Assembly (NCBI GenBank): GCA_963749155.1
Contig: CAVVLO010000002.1
Location: forward strand, 352,001 to 416,000
DNA from: an uncultured Armatimonadia bacterium
GTDB taxonomy: Bacteria; Armatimonadota; Zipacnadia; CAVVLO01
DNA length: 64,000 bases
Direction: 5' to 3'
The notes beneath the pieces are model-generated. The model made no database searches. It had not been told where the DNA came from and was given only the letters and a program-made list of their open reading frames with translations. Positions 40,221-51,000 of this stretch are shown one piece after another; the first letter of the stretch is position 1, and every line of letters starts with the position of its first letter. Made by a program: the position numbers and the translations under genes.

Positions 40221-41547
40221 ACTCGACTCCTTCAGATTGATCTAAAAGCCGAAGGAGCGACTCTCTCGTCTGAGAAAACTCACCTGGTTCATCTGGCCGT
40301 TGCCTGAGAAAGGCTTCCAGGGGGGGCATCAGCGCAACTGCCCTGTCAAGAGAAGGGTCTCCCCCAGTTGAATAGGCGCCGATACGAATTAAATCTTCCG
40401 CATCTTTATATTCGGCAAGCGCTCGTCTCAGCTCGCCAGCCACCTCCAGATGCTCTTTGGAGACAACTGCATCCATCACACGCGAGACGCTCTGTAGCAC
40501 ATCGACAGCGGGATAATGGTTACGATGAGCCAGAGCTCTGCTAAGGGTGATATGACCATCCAAAATGCTGCGAGCCAGGTCGGCCACTGGATCATTCATA
40601 TCATCGCCCTCAACAAGGACGGTATAAAGCGCCGTAATTGAACCTTTCGCCCCTGGCCCTGCGCGTTCGAGCAAGCGTGGCATAAGTGAAAACAAAGAAG
40701 GCACATGCCCTTTGCTGGCAGGGGGCTCTCCTGCAGCCAGGCCGATCTCTCTTTGAGCCAGCGCAACTCGGGTAAGTGAATCGAGCATCAACAGCACGTG
40801 TTGCCCCTGATCTCGAAAATACTCGGCCAGAGTTGTAGCCACATAGGCCGCGCGCAATCTGACCAAGGGCGGTTCATCTGAAGTGGCTACGACAACAACA
40901 GCGCGCCTGGCTCCCTCGGCCAGGTCTCTCTCGATAAACTCGCGCACCTCGCGTCCACGTTCACCTACCAGCCCAACGACAACAACATCCGCCTTGGCTC
41001 GGGCTGCTATCATCCCCATCAACACGCTCTTCCCCACGCCTGAACCCGCAAAAATGCCAAGCCTTTGCCCCTTGCCACAGGTTACGAAGCCATCAAGGGC
41101 TCTGACGCCTAGGGGTAAAGGTTCTGTAATCCGTTGGCGGGAAAGTGCTGGCGGCGCCTTGGCCTCCACTGGGAGCTCGCACAAGCCAGGCAGTGACTTC
41201 CCATCGAGGGGACGACCGAGTCCATCGACCACTCGGCCGATCAGTTCTGGCCCAACTCTGATGGTCATAGGCCTGCCAAGCGCCTCGATTTCATTGCCAG
41301 GAGCAAGTTGCGCTGCGTCTCCCAAAGGCATTACCAACACCTGACCTGAATCGAAACCTACGACCTCAGCCGCCAGTATGCGCCCGTCAGAAAGGGTGAT
41401 TTTGCAAAGCTCACCCAGGCTGGCTCGTGGTCCCCGGCATCTGACCAGAGCGCCTGTGATGCCAGAAACTCGGCCGGTAATACGCACTAACCGGCAGTTT
41501 GCTAGCTGGGCTCGAGTTCTATCTAGCAGGGGATGACTCACTGTCAC
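40207..41547 (-). CDS. fliI: Flagellar export ATPase FliI
   Basis: AGSGVGKS, GERGREVREF, LDSLTR, LDGHITLSR. Confidence 0.97.
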   Translation of the reverse strand: MTVSHPLLDRTRAQLANCRLVRITGRVSGITGALVRCRGPRASLGELCKITLSDGRILAAEVVGFDSGQVLVMPLGDAAQLAPGNEIEALGRPMTIRVGPELIGRVVDGLGRPLDGKSLPGLCELPVEAKAPPALSRQRITEPLPLGVRALDGFVTCGKGQRLGIFAGSGVGKSVLMGMIAARAKADVVVVGLVGERGREVREFIERDLAEGARRAVVVVATSDEPPLVRLRAAYVATTLAEYFRDQGQHVLLMLDSLTRVALAQREIGLAAGEPPASKGHVPSLFSLMPRLLERAGPGAKGSITALYTVLVEGDDMNDPVADLARSILDGHITLSRALAHRNHYPAVDVLQSVSRVMDAVVSKEHLEVAGELRRALAEYKDAEDLIRIGAYSTGGDPSLDRAVALMPPLEAFLRQRPDEPGEFSQTRESLLRLLDQSEGVEYGQV

Positions 41548-42253
41548 CCTCCTGCCCTGTAAAGCTTTGAGCCATAGCTTTTAACTGCTCAGAGGGCACC
41601 GCCTCGATCCTGCCAGCCGTGCTCTCGCCAATCACAGCACCGGCTTCTAGTGATTCGATACCGACTAGTTCAGGAGAATCGAGGTTTTCGCAAGACTGAG
41701 CCAATAGCTCCCTGGCCAGATCCATTTGCTCAAGATTTACAAACAATTTACATTCAACCTGGCCTTGCAACTCGTCGAGAACTCGCTCGAGATTCGCCTT
41801 TAGCAGGGCCTCGTTTTGCCCAAGCTCGCCGGCCAGCAACAAGCGCACAATTTCCAGAGTGAGTTCTGCAACCAAAGGCTCAAGCTCGCTACGCAGCTTG
41901 CCAAACTCTTCACCAACCTGCTTATGGACCTTAACCAATTCGTCTTGAACCGCTTTGACTTGGGCGGTCGCCTGCCGTTCTCCCTCCTGGCGTCCTTCAA
42001 CAAGTCCCTGCTGGTGCAAGGTAGCTTTGATCTGGTTGGCTTCTTCTCTAGCCTCGGCTAGCAGTTTTTCACACTTGGCAAGAGTGTCGGACTCCAGTGC
42101 TCTGGCTTTCATAAGCGCCTCGTGCACGATCCTCCTGGCCTGTTCCAAAGGCTCGTAACAAGCAGGCTGCTCGGTAACTCCTCCCCCAGCCAGTGGGGTC
42201 AACGAATGCCGCTGCCCGACTTCGAGTTTGGTAGGACTGGTGCCAGCACTCAA
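41519..42253 (-). CDS. fliH: FliH
   Basis: Coiled coil with GxxxGxxxG, located between fliG and fliI. Confidence 0.85.
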   Translation of the reverse strand: MSAGTSPTKLEVGQRHSLTPLAGGGVTEQPACYEPLEQARRIVHEALMKARALESDTLAKCEKLLAEAREEANQIKATLHQQGLVEGRQEGERQATAQVKAVQDELVKVHKQVGEEFGKLRSELEPLVAELTLEIVRLLLAGELGQNEALLKANLERVLDELQGQVECKLFVNLEQMDLARELLAQSCENLDSPELVGIESLEAGAVIGESTAGRIEAVPSEQLKAMAQSFTGQEGDSESSPAR

Positions 42254-43284
42254 TCTATCATCTCCTCCTCACCTGGCCGGGCCAGCACAATTTCGCCTGA
42301 TTCCTCAAGCCGCTTTATGACCTCGACTATCTTGCGTTGCGCTTCTTCCACATGCCGCAGTCGCACCGGACCGAGGAACTCGATATCTTCACGCAGCGTC
42401 TCGGCGGCTTTCTTGGAAAGGTTGCGGAAGAGGGCATCTCTGACTTGCTCACTGGCGCCCTTCAGCGCCAGGGCCAGGTCTGCCGAGTCCACCTCGCGGA
42501 GTACCTGTTGAATACTGCGATCGTCGAGGGTGAGCAGATCCTCGAAGACAAACATCATGTTCTTCGCGGTCTCGGCAACTTCTGGCGAGTCCTCCGCGAG
42601 TGCCATCAGGATCTTCCGTTCGACCTGACGATCGACCCGGTTCAGAATACTGACAAGTGACTTAACTCCACCCACATTGGCCAGGTCGCCAGCAAAGACT
42701 GACTCAAGTTTACCTTCCAGAACCCGTTCAACTTCGCGGATCACGTCGGGGGGAGTCCTGTCCATGGTGGCAATGCGTTTGGCTACATCAATTTGCTGTT
42801 CTGCTTCAAGCTGTCCGAGCACCTGAGCTGCCTGTTCAGGGTCAAGATGGGCCAGCACAAGCGCTATGGTCTGGGGATGCTCGTCTCGCACGAAGTTGAG
42901 CAGATACCCAGCATCGGCATCTTTGATGAATTCGAAAGGGGAGCCCTGAGGCAAGGCGATTAGTTTTTCCAAGATCTCCATCGCTCGGCGCTCACCAAGA
43001 GAACGCGACAACAAGTCTCTGGCGAGATCGACGCCTCCCTCGACGACCTCGGCATAGGCTGCCGCCGTAGCCACAAATTCGTCGAGTACCATCTCTCGCT
43101 GATCAGGCTTGACCGCCCTGAGTGACAGTATCTCGGCAGTGAGTTTCTCAATCTCACGTTCTGGCATCCGCTTGAGCAACTCGGAAGCAAGTTCAGGCCC
43201 AAGCGCCGCGAGCAGGATGGCCGCCTTCTGGCGACCGGGCAAGCTGGATTTGACCAACATTTCCATGGGGCTTGGTTCAGCCAA
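42250..43284 (-). CDS. fliG: FliG
   Basis: QKAAILL, EHPQTIAL, MFVFED, GPVR. Confidence 0.97.
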   Translation of the reverse strand: MAEPSPMEMLVKSSLPGRQKAAILLAALGPELASELLKRMPEREIEKLTAEILSLRAVKPDQREMVLDEFVATAAAYAEVVEGGVDLARDLLSRSLGERRAMEILEKLIALPQGSPFEFIKDADAGYLLNFVRDEHPQTIALVLAHLDPEQAAQVLGQLEAEQQIDVAKRIATMDRTPPDVIREVERVLEGKLESVFAGDLANVGGVKSLVSILNRVDRQVERKILMALAEDSPEVAETAKNMMFVFEDLLTLDDRSIQQVLREVDSADLALALKGASEQVRDALFRNLSKKAAETLREDIEFLGPVRLRHVEEAQRKIVEVIKRLEESGEIVLARPGEEEMID

Positions 43285-43293
43285 AGAATCCCA

Positions 43294-44889
43294 CTACTCC
43301 ATAAGCCAGGTTCGTAATACGGCGACTGCGCGCTCCTGATGTTCGGAAGCAATCAAACGAGATTTCCCGAGTTTGCTATCGGGAGCCAGATCCAGCACGT
43401 CATCGTCATCAAGCTCTCGGACCATTGGGCCATGATGCTTGCCCTGAGTCACAGCAGCTGCCGATTGGGCTTGTGGAGCAGCTCCAGCTTGTCCAGTGCC
43501 AGCCCGGGGAGTTGCAGTAGTGACTGGTTGGGAGAAGCCCTTGACTAGCTTCATCAAGACCATCAAAACAATCAGAGCCAGGGCAACAGGCAGGAAAACC
43601 AGGCCTTTTTCCAGCAACTGAGCTGTCTTTGGAGTCGCTTGATCAGCCGCTTTCGAGTCATCGGGCGCTTTGGCAAAAGAGAGTCCCGTCACCGTGAGCT
43701 TGTCACCACGCAGGTCATCCAACCCTGCCGCGCTTGTTACCGCGCGTTCGATTGCGCTTCGCTTGGGAAGACTGAGAGCCGCATCGTTAATCAGCACTGC
43801 AATTGAAAGACTCTCCAGCTTGCCAGGAGCCTTGACCGTGTTCTCAGTGACGCGTGAGACCTCATATTCAGTGCGTTCTTCACTACGTTCATACTGACCT
43901 TCAGCGCCCGTTGCCCCTCCTGCATAAGCCGTGGCGCCTGGTTGGTTGGAAGCGGTACCTGGCACCCCTGAAGCGCCTCCACCTCCAGTATGAGACTCCT
44001 CGGAGAATTCGCTCGTAACTGGTACTCCTTTGCTGCCTGAGGCTGGTTCGATACGATTAGCCGTCTGCTGGACAGAATCCAGATCAAGTGTCGCGTTGAC
44101 CCTGACTAGCGCATTCCCGGCACCGACAAGAGCTGTCAACATAGTCTCCAGTTTGGCTGCAAGCTCGCTTTCATAGCGACGCTGCACCAGAAGCCTGCCA
44201 CTGGCTGGTCCCTGGCTTGCTTCTGCAACCGCTGTGGTCGACAGGACATGCCCTGCTCCATCTACTACTGAGACTTTCTCTGGGCTCAAACCACGCACGC
44301 TATAACAAACCAGGTCGGTGACGCCGGCAACTTGCGCAGGACTAACCTGAGCTCCAGGCATGGGACTAATCAACACGGAACAGGAAGCTGGCTCGGTCTC
44401 CTCCACAAAAGGCGACTCTTCAGGCAGCACCAGATGCACACTTGCGGATTGCACCCAATCCAGTTGCTGAATGGTGTTGGCCAGTTCACCTTCCAGAGCC
44501 CGCTGGAAATTGATTTGCTCCACGAACTGGGACGCTGCGAAGTTAGGCTTGTCGAACAACTCGAAGCCTAACGCTTTGCCACTTGTTGCGCTTCCCGTAC
44601 CTAGCGCCAGTCGCGCTGCGGCTGCCTTGGGTTGAGGCACCGTGATTGTTGTGCCATCGGCACCCAGTTTGTATGGGATCCCTTGATCTGCCAAAGTCGC
44701 GGAAGCCTTGCTAACCGCAGAAGAATCGGTCCCAGAGTAAACCACGACGAAATCAGGTGTGCCTGACCAATGCACCAGCACCAGAGATACAACAAGCACC
44801 AAAGCCAGTACCGCGGCCAGAGTGATTTTCTGTGCCGTAGGAAGGTGCTGTAGTTGCCCCAGCAAGCCTGATTCGGTCGGGTTGCCCAT
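43294..44889 (-). CDS. fliF: MS-ring FliF
   Basis: GFELFD, RALEGELANTI, ASVHLVLP, two TMs. Confidence 0.95.
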   Translation of the reverse strand: MGNPTESGLLGQLQHLPTAQKITLAAVLALVLVVSLVLVHWSGTPDFVVVYSGTDSSAVSKASATLADQGIPYKLGADGTTITVPQPKAAAARLALGTGSATSGKALGFELFDKPNFAASQFVEQINFQRALEGELANTIQQLDWVQSASVHLVLPEESPFVEETEPASCSVLISPMPGAQVSPAQVAGVTDLVCYSVRGLSPEKVSVVDGAGHVLSTTAVAEASQGPASGRLLVQRRYESELAAKLETMLTALVGAGNALVRVNATLDLDSVQQTANRIEPASGSKGVPVTSEFSEESHTGGGGASGVPGTASNQPGATAYAGGATGAEGQYERSEERTEYEVSRVTENTVKAPGKLESLSIAVLINDAALSLPKRSAIERAVTSAAGLDDLRGDKLTVTGLSFAKAPDDSKAADQATPKTAQLLEKGLVFLPVALALIVLMVLMKLVKGFSQPVTTATPRAGTGQAGAAPQAQSAAAVTQGKHHGPMVRELDDDDVLDLAPDSKLGKSRLIASEHQERAVAVLRTWLME

Positions 44890-44906
44890 TACGCCTCAAC
44901 TAGCTC

Positions 44907-45215
44907 CTATATCTGCATCCGCATGACTTCCTGGTAGGCCTCTACGGCTTTGTTGCGGACCTGCACCAGGGTAGCCAAAGCCAGATTTGCCTCTTGGACG
45001 GAGATCATCACATCGTGCAGTTCGACTGGTTCACCAGCCGCAAATTGCTTCGTCAAGTCGTCAGCTCTTCGGATACGCTCATCAACCTGCTCAAGCGCTT
45101 TGAATATGGCCTGCCCGAATTTGTCCGAGCCACCGCTACTTTCTACTTGCTCTTCAGGCTTGAGCCGTTCAAACAACTGCTTATTACCGATCGCAGTAAA
45201 GAGATCAGCCCGCAT
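44907..45215 (-). CDS. fliE: FliE
   Basis: LHDVMI...VRNKAVEAYQEVMRMQI. Confidence 0.96.
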   Translation of the reverse strand: MRADLFTAIGNKQLFERLKPEEQVESSGGSDKFGQAIFKALEQVDERIRRADDLTKQFAAGEPVELHDVMISVQEANLALATLVQVRNKAVEAYQEVMRMQI

Positions 45216-45229
45216 AAATCATCCCTCAC

Positions 45230-45637
45230 CTAAGCCCCGATCTGAAGGGCTGCGTCTACAAGGCGCTTGGTATCGCCGACAACGGCTACATTGGCTTCAT
45301 AAGCCCGCACCGCCGCCATCAAATCCACCATCTCGCTTACGATATTTATGTTGGGCTTGCGGATATAGCCATCAGCCCCGGCAAGCGGATTCCCTGGGTC
45401 ATAAACAAGCTTTGGAGGAGAGGTGTCTTCAAGGATGGCTGTGACTTTTACCCCTGAGGCAGAGGCGCTAAGCCCCAGTCCACCGACCTGCTCCGAGAAC
45501 ACCGGGAGCTTGCGCCGATATGGCCCCTGAGGTCCGGTTGTTTCGGCATTGGCCAGATTCTGGGAGATTATCTCCATCCGCTGCCGCTGAGCCGATAAGC
45601 CTGACCCGCTTGTGGCCAGGCAATCGAAAAGGTTCAT
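45230..45637 (-). CDS. flgC: FlgC
   Basis: NLANAET...YRRK, PNINIVSEMVD, RAYEAN. Confidence 0.96.
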   Translation of the reverse strand: MNLFDCLATSGSGLSAQRQRMEIISQNLANAETTGPQGPYRRKLPVFSEQVGGLGLSASASGVKVTAILEDTSPPKLVYDPGNPLAGADGYIRKPNINIVSEMVDLMAAVRAYEANVAVVGDTKRLVDAALQIGA

Positions 45638-45639
45638 AA

Positions 45640-45978
45640 CTAACGCGCCTCCTTGGTGACCAGTTGCAGCCGATGGTATCGCAGCGCGACAAGGCGAGTC
45701 AGTACCTGATAACGACTTGCGTTCTCGGCAAGCCCTATTGCCTCGGCATCCAAATCTACGTTATTCCCGTCCTCGCGCAGGCCAGGCGTTTTGTCAGGCA
45801 CAACTCGTGGGGTCAGCTCAGACCAGTTGGCACGGCCCTTGAGCAATGTCTCGAACTCCACATACTTTCGTTTAAAGCCTGGAGTCTCAGCATTGGCCAG
45901 GTTGTGCGCGCCGACCTGATGACGCACCGAGGCAACGTCAAGAGCCTTGGCCAGGTTGTTGGTCAGTTGGTCAGGCAT
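45640..45978 (-). CDS. flgB: FlgB
   Basis: NLANAETPGFK, DGNNVDLD. Confidence 0.95.
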   Translation of the reverse strand: MPDQLTNNLAKALDVASVRHQVGAHNLANAETPGFKRKYVEFETLLKGRANWSELTPRVVPDKTPGLREDGNNVDLDAEAIGLAENASRYQVLTRLVALRYHRLQLVTKEAR

Positions 45979-46330
45979 CCAGGTTTTCTCCTGTCAATTG
46001 GGCAGCATAAGCTCGACCCGCTTTGGTACTCCGGGCTGCCGCCAGCCGTTGGGCCGCCAGCTCTTCGCGTTTGCGTGCGAGTAAGGCGTTCAATTCTGCT
46101 TCCAGTTTCTGAACAAGCGCCACCTCATCAGCACTGTTCTGGTGGCTAGTCTGCGAATCCAGAAACTTGGCAAAAGCCGCTGTTCGGCGTTCTTCAAGTA
46201 AAGCCAGGGACCCGTAGTTGTCTTCCTGAAGGCAGGCGATCAATTCAGCAGTCAGCACAAGCAACTCGTCAGCTGGCGAAAGAATATGTAACTCAGCCTT
46301 GGCTGCTGGTTCCCTGTCAGTAGCTACCAT
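45971..46330 (-). CDS. FliT/FlgN-like helical chaperone
   Basis: LLEERR...helical...GRAYAA. SD GGAGGAGG before ATG 46330. Confidence 0.6.
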   Translation of the reverse strand: MVATDREPAAKAELHILSPADELLVLTAELIACLQEDNYGSLALLEERRTAAFAKFLDSQTSHQNSADEVALVQKLEAELNALLARKREELAAQRLAAARSTKAGRAYAAQLTGENLDA

Positions 46331-46378
46331 TGTCAGCGCCTCCTCCAGAAAGCTTGCCCCTGTACTCCTTTGGAGAGA

Positions 46379-46394
46379 TGCAAGAAGCGTGCCA
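46379..46394 (-). promoter_or_regulatory. sigma54 (-24/-12) promoter for the flgB operon
   Basis: TGGCACgcttcTTGCA, 15/16 identical to the fliM promoter. Confidence 0.85.
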
Positions 46395-46449
46395 TAAGTC
46401 ACCAGGCAGAGGCTGATTTCCAGTTAGCAACGCAGAATTCACTGGATGC

Positions 46450-47529
46450 TTACCCGGTGTTAACCGCAACCCAGCAAGGCAACAATATCCTGTCGATTAA
46501 TAGATTGGGCTGGTCTGCCAGCGCCAGCGACTTGTCTTCTCCAGTGATCCTTACCACCGGCCGGCTTGGCAGGCCTGGCGTGGGTTTTTCGACAATGGCC
46601 TGCCTTCCATCACTAAGCTCTACTCTAGCCCCTCTGCAGGCTGGAGGAAAAAGCTGCGCAGCGCGCTGGGCCAGTTTTGGAGAGAGGCACAATCCTGCTT
46701 GTGCAGAGAGATAATCATTGAACTGGGAGGGAGTGACACCTTCGGTGGCCAATTCGCCACAGAAACCGAGCGCCAGCAGGTCAGCCGCTGCAACAAGCTG
46801 ACCAAGGGGGTATATCTGATCGGCTGCCCTGCCTTTGGGAAAGCCTTTGCCATCGTATCGCTCATGGTGAGAGAGGATGGCCGCAGCAGCCAGCGCGCTT
46901 ATAGAGCGTGCTTGCTGAAGCAATTCGAACATCAGCCGGGGATGCGACTTGAAGTCTTCGCCCACCTGCCCCCAGGGAGCTCTGTAATGCTGTGCAGTCT
47001 CCCAATCTACGGTTATAAGATGCCAGTCACTGAGCAAACAAGCGGCTATCACCGCAGCAAGATCACTGGGTTGCAGGCGCGCATCGATACCCAGCCAGCC
47101 TCCATAAAGCGCAACCAGCACCAACCTTTGGACTGGATAACAGTCGGCTCCGCTAATCATCGAGACCGGCATAAAGTCAAGCTGATCCTTCTTGCGAGCC
47201 ATCAGTTGGGCAGCCACCGACTGGGACAAAGCAGGTATATCGGAGGCACACTCAAGCAACTGCTCGGCTTGTCCCTCTCCCCCTTTTGGGACCTGAGTTG
47301 CTTTGACCAGGAGCTCCATCAACCTGTCTTCAAGCTGAGCGTCGATAGCAGGACAGGTTTCTATATGGCCTTCATCAAGCCAGACGAAAGGCACTTTTTC
47401 GTCAGTCAGGCGGCGGATTACAGAGGCATCCAGCTTATCTCCAGCACTGGCAATACGCCCCTTGGCACCCCATACAGACCGCGCGAGCGTACTGCCTTCC
47501 TGGTACCCTCCTGGACCAACAAGCTCCAT
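46450..47529 (-). CDS. Degenerate HD-GYP domain protein
   Basis: HHERYDGKGFPKG retained; the HD dyad reads SD (AACLLSDWH); C-terminal VELSDG...RP. Confidence 0.8.
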   Translation of the reverse strand: MELVGPGGYQEGSTLARSVWGAKGRIASAGDKLDASVIRRLTDEKVPFVWLDEGHIETCPAIDAQLEDRLMELLVKATQVPKGGEGQAEQLLECASDIPALSQSVAAQLMARKKDQLDFMPVSMISGADCYPVQRLVLVALYGGWLGIDARLQPSDLAAVIAACLLSDWHLITVDWETAQHYRAPWGQVGEDFKSHPRLMFELLQQARSISALAAAAILSHHERYDGKGFPKGRAADQIYPLGQLVAAADLLALGFCGELATEGVTPSQFNDYLSAQAGLCLSPKLAQRAAQLFPPACRGARVELSDGRQAIVEKPTPGLPSRPVVRITGEDKSLALADQPNLLIDRILLPCWVAVNTG

Positions 47530-47554
47530 TATCGACAATCCTCCAGATGGCTTG

Positions 47555-47947
47555 CTAAACCGCTGCTTGTGCTGTTGTGATTGAGACCAGTGCGCTCTGC
47601 CATGCCTCAAGCAACTCCTGAAGCATCCTCTTGATAACTGGCAGGAGCCCACCTTCCTTCTTCAGATTTGCCTGTGCCAGCTCGCGGTTAAAAAATACAT
47701 ATAATCCCATAAGGTTGTGGGCTACCTCGCCCTGCTCCAAATCGAGCGAACCCATCAGTTCGCTGACCAGGCGCTGGGCTTTCACAAGTTGCTCGTGAGC
47801 TTCGGCAACACGCCTGCTGGCGATAGCTTGCTCGGCTCGGTCGATTGCCGTGATTACTCCCTGGTAAAGCGTCAATACCAGGTACTCCGGAGAAGCGGTA
47901 CCTACTTGAACTGCCTGATATGATTGGGCTGCGCTGTTTCCATACAT
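47555..47947 (-). CDS. fliS: Flagellin chaperone FliS
   Basis: TASPEYLVLTLYQG, KAQ..V.EL, NL..LY. Confidence 0.95.
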   Translation of the reverse strand: MYGNSAAQSYQAVQVGTASPEYLVLTLYQGVITAIDRAEQAIASRRVAEAHEQLVKAQRLVSELMGSLDLEQGEVAHNLMGLYVFFNRELAQANLKKEGGLLPVIKRMLQELLEAWQSALVSITTAQAAV

Positions 47948-47960
47948 ACTTACTCACCAG

Positions 47961-47988
47961 TTATCGGCGACTTGGCGCCACAACTTAA
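47961..47988 (-). promoter_or_regulatory. sigma28 promoter upstream of fliS
   Basis: TTAA-N16-GCCGATAA. Confidence 0.8.
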
Positions 47989-48009
47989 GGGGCTTCCCTG
48001 CCCTTTTTT

Positions 48010-51000
48010 TTAGCCAGACAGGCTGGCCAACTGCTGTGAAAGATAGTTACTTTGCGTCTGCAGTCTTGAGAGGGCTGACTCCATTGCATTGAACTTCAGC
48101 CATAAGGTGCGAGTTTGAGCTTCCAGCAGGTCATTAGTGCTTTCCAGCCTGCTCTCGATCAGGTCGCTTTCTCTGGCAAACTCACCACCCGAAAGCAGCT
48201 TTCGACGAAGAAGGCCCGTAGAACTGTTGTACTCAGTCAGCACATCATCAATTTGGCGCGCTAGTCCTGCGGTGGCGAATTCCACTTTTACACCGAAAGC
48301 GCGCTCCAGGTTGTTACTGCCCTGGCTGAGGTCTTCCAGGTATACCGAACCTGTCGAATTCAACGCTGTTAAGACTAGCCGCCCATCTACAAAGCTGGCA
48401 GCAAGGCCAATCCGGTTGGTTGCCTGGTCTTCATCGCCGACATATAAACCGGCGTTATCCAGTAGCTGAAGAATCTGGTCTTCGGTATAGGTGGCTCCAG
48501 CCGCCAGGGTGACAGGGTTGCTCCACTGAGCAGAATCGCCCAGGCGGAAGCTGAGAGCACCGCCGCCAGAAGGCAGTTGCAGCCCTGCCCCCTCCAGCTG
48601 GCGAGTACCAATAACTTGATGACCGTTGCCTGTGTAACCTGACTGACTGAGCAAAGAGAGTACAGCTTCAGGATTATCGGAAAGAGCGGCCATCAGAGTG
48701 CTGTTGGCCTGAAGAGCAGTGCGAAGGGCGTCTTCATCTGTCGTCTCCTGCACGAGGTAGCCTCTACCTGCAAACCCATCCTGCCCCCAGGTCACGAAGT
48801 CAATCCCCAAGTCTTTAAGCCTCGGAAATTCTTCCAATCCTGCTACAGTTCCACTCAACACCGACCGCAAGTCGGAGGCAAGTCGCCTGGCTACGCTGGA
48901 TTTCCGCATCTCCTCACGTTGCATTATCTCTTCGTGTCTTGCGTTGTACTCGTCTATCTCGCTTTCAGTCATGCTTTCTCTGTCTGTATCGCTGAGGGCT
49001 GCGAGATACTCTTCGTCCTCGTCGGTAAGCTGTGCCGGGCAGGCCAAATCAATCGTTGAGTTATAAGCAGCAAGAAAGCTGGCGAGGGCATCAAGGGCTT
49101 GTTCTGTATTATCACTGACCGTCAGTGTGACCTGTGAAGTCGTTGTCCCCTTGAACTCCAGGGTTAGCCCAGGTATTGCCTCCGTAACTGTGTTTGTGGC
49201 CGCTCGATACTCCACTCCATTCATTTCATAGACCGCCCAACTGGCGGCGGCACCAACACTTGTTGGACTTTGGGGCATCTCACCGACTAACCTGAGCGCT
49301 TGCAGCACATTGCTTGTGTCATACCTGGAGCCCACACCAAGCCGCGCACCGTCAGCTATTGATTCGCCAGTCGCTTCCAGCCAGAAACTGTCAGAATTAC
49401 TGTCATAGCCGCAGTGGACTCCGGCGCTTGAGGAATTTATCCGCTGTACCAGATCATCGAGAGTATCGGTTTCTGGATCGACGTAGAGGGTGACCCCTCC
49501 CAAGGTAAAAGTCCCAGCAGTGATAGCGAGCGTCATCCCGGAAAGGCTTAGTGATTTGGATAGATCAAGCCCAGTAGAGGTAATAGCTGGTATGCTGGTG
49601 GCTCCTGCTGACTGAGTCAAGCCGAACACTGCCAACATATTGCTGGTATCTTTGGTTGAGCCCAGAGTTATTTCGGTTCCAGGCTCACCGACCAGTTCGA
49701 TACTATTAGTGGCGGGATTGTAAGCTGCTGCGACCTCGGCGCCAGCGCTGTTAATTTTGGCAATCACACTGGCCAGAGATTCCTGCTGATAGTCCTCTAT
49801 ATAGATCCGCTTGTTGTTGATGGTGAAAAAGCCGTTACTTGCTTCACTGGCTGGACTAGCAAGGCCCAGATAGGGAAGGGCCAGGTGCGCATCCAGTTTT
49901 ACCTGAAAGCCCCAGGAATCCCCCTCGGCCGGTGCCGTAGCCAAATGGACGAAGCTGCTGCCAGCCAGGCTGCTATCAAGCCAGGAGACAAAGCGCTCTC
50001 CGCTAGCAACCCACTCTCCCTGGCGTTCTCCTTCCGCATTGAAAACTGCCCAATTTCCGGCGTCGTCATAAATCAGTTCGTATACGCCAGCTTCCGCTCC
50101 AGCTGAAACTGCGCCCTCCCAGTCAGTCTGGGTACTCGAGTTGCCTGCAGCAGCAGTTGTAGCGCTATAACCTTCCGTTGAGCCTGCAACTGCTCCATAT
50201 ATCCTGGCCCCCGAGGGTACACTACCGTTTAACTCGGCGGTCGTTATCAGGGAGGCCTTCCCCACGGTGAATAATCCATCTGCCCCGCGCCCAGTCAGCG
50301 TAACCCCTGCAAGCAAATGACGAGAGCTCTCCCCTTCGGCAAGAGCATCAACGCCTGCCAGAGCGCCTTTATCAGCGCCTGTTGTGAAGAGTGCAGCCAA
50401 AGTAACTGCGCCTGTGCTGGCGCTTGCCAGGAGTGTATTGCCCTCAGCTGAGTTCGCCGTGCTTGTTGCACTCGTTAGCCCAAGCAGTTTGGCGGCCAGT
50501 CCAGTATCATAATTGGTATCAGTCAAGCTCAAAGCAGCGCGCGGATCGCTGCTGCCGATTTTCAGATGACCTTGTACCAGCCCCGCGGATACTCCTGGCA
50601 AGGCGTTCAATTGAGTTATCAAATCGGCTACCGTGGAAGCACTGCCAAGCCCTTCCAGATTGTAGTCGGCGCCTTTTACCACAACGTGGAAACCAGCAAA
50701 GCTGGTGATGCCAAGAGAGCCTAGTGTGGTCGCTTCAGTGAGGTCTGGTGCTCCAAGCACACAGGCTCCCGTGGAAGCGCCTGCAACAGAAGACCACTCT
50801 GCGCCTGCCAGTCCAGTGTTCAGCTGGGCTTTGGTGCCGAAGAGCGCCTCTCCCAGTCCGCCCGTCTCACCTTCACCTAACACAAACTGTTCGTGGACTC
50901 TTGTGCTACGTATCACAAACTGGCCTGTGCCATCTCCATCAACATCGAGCAGTTTGGCCTCGAGGCCCATATCAAGGGCATCCAGAGCGTCGATGAGCTG

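Noticed and set aside
24272..46000. Injectisome-type T3SS
   Set aside because: Rod, hook, ring, flagellin and cap genes identify the apparatus as flagellar.
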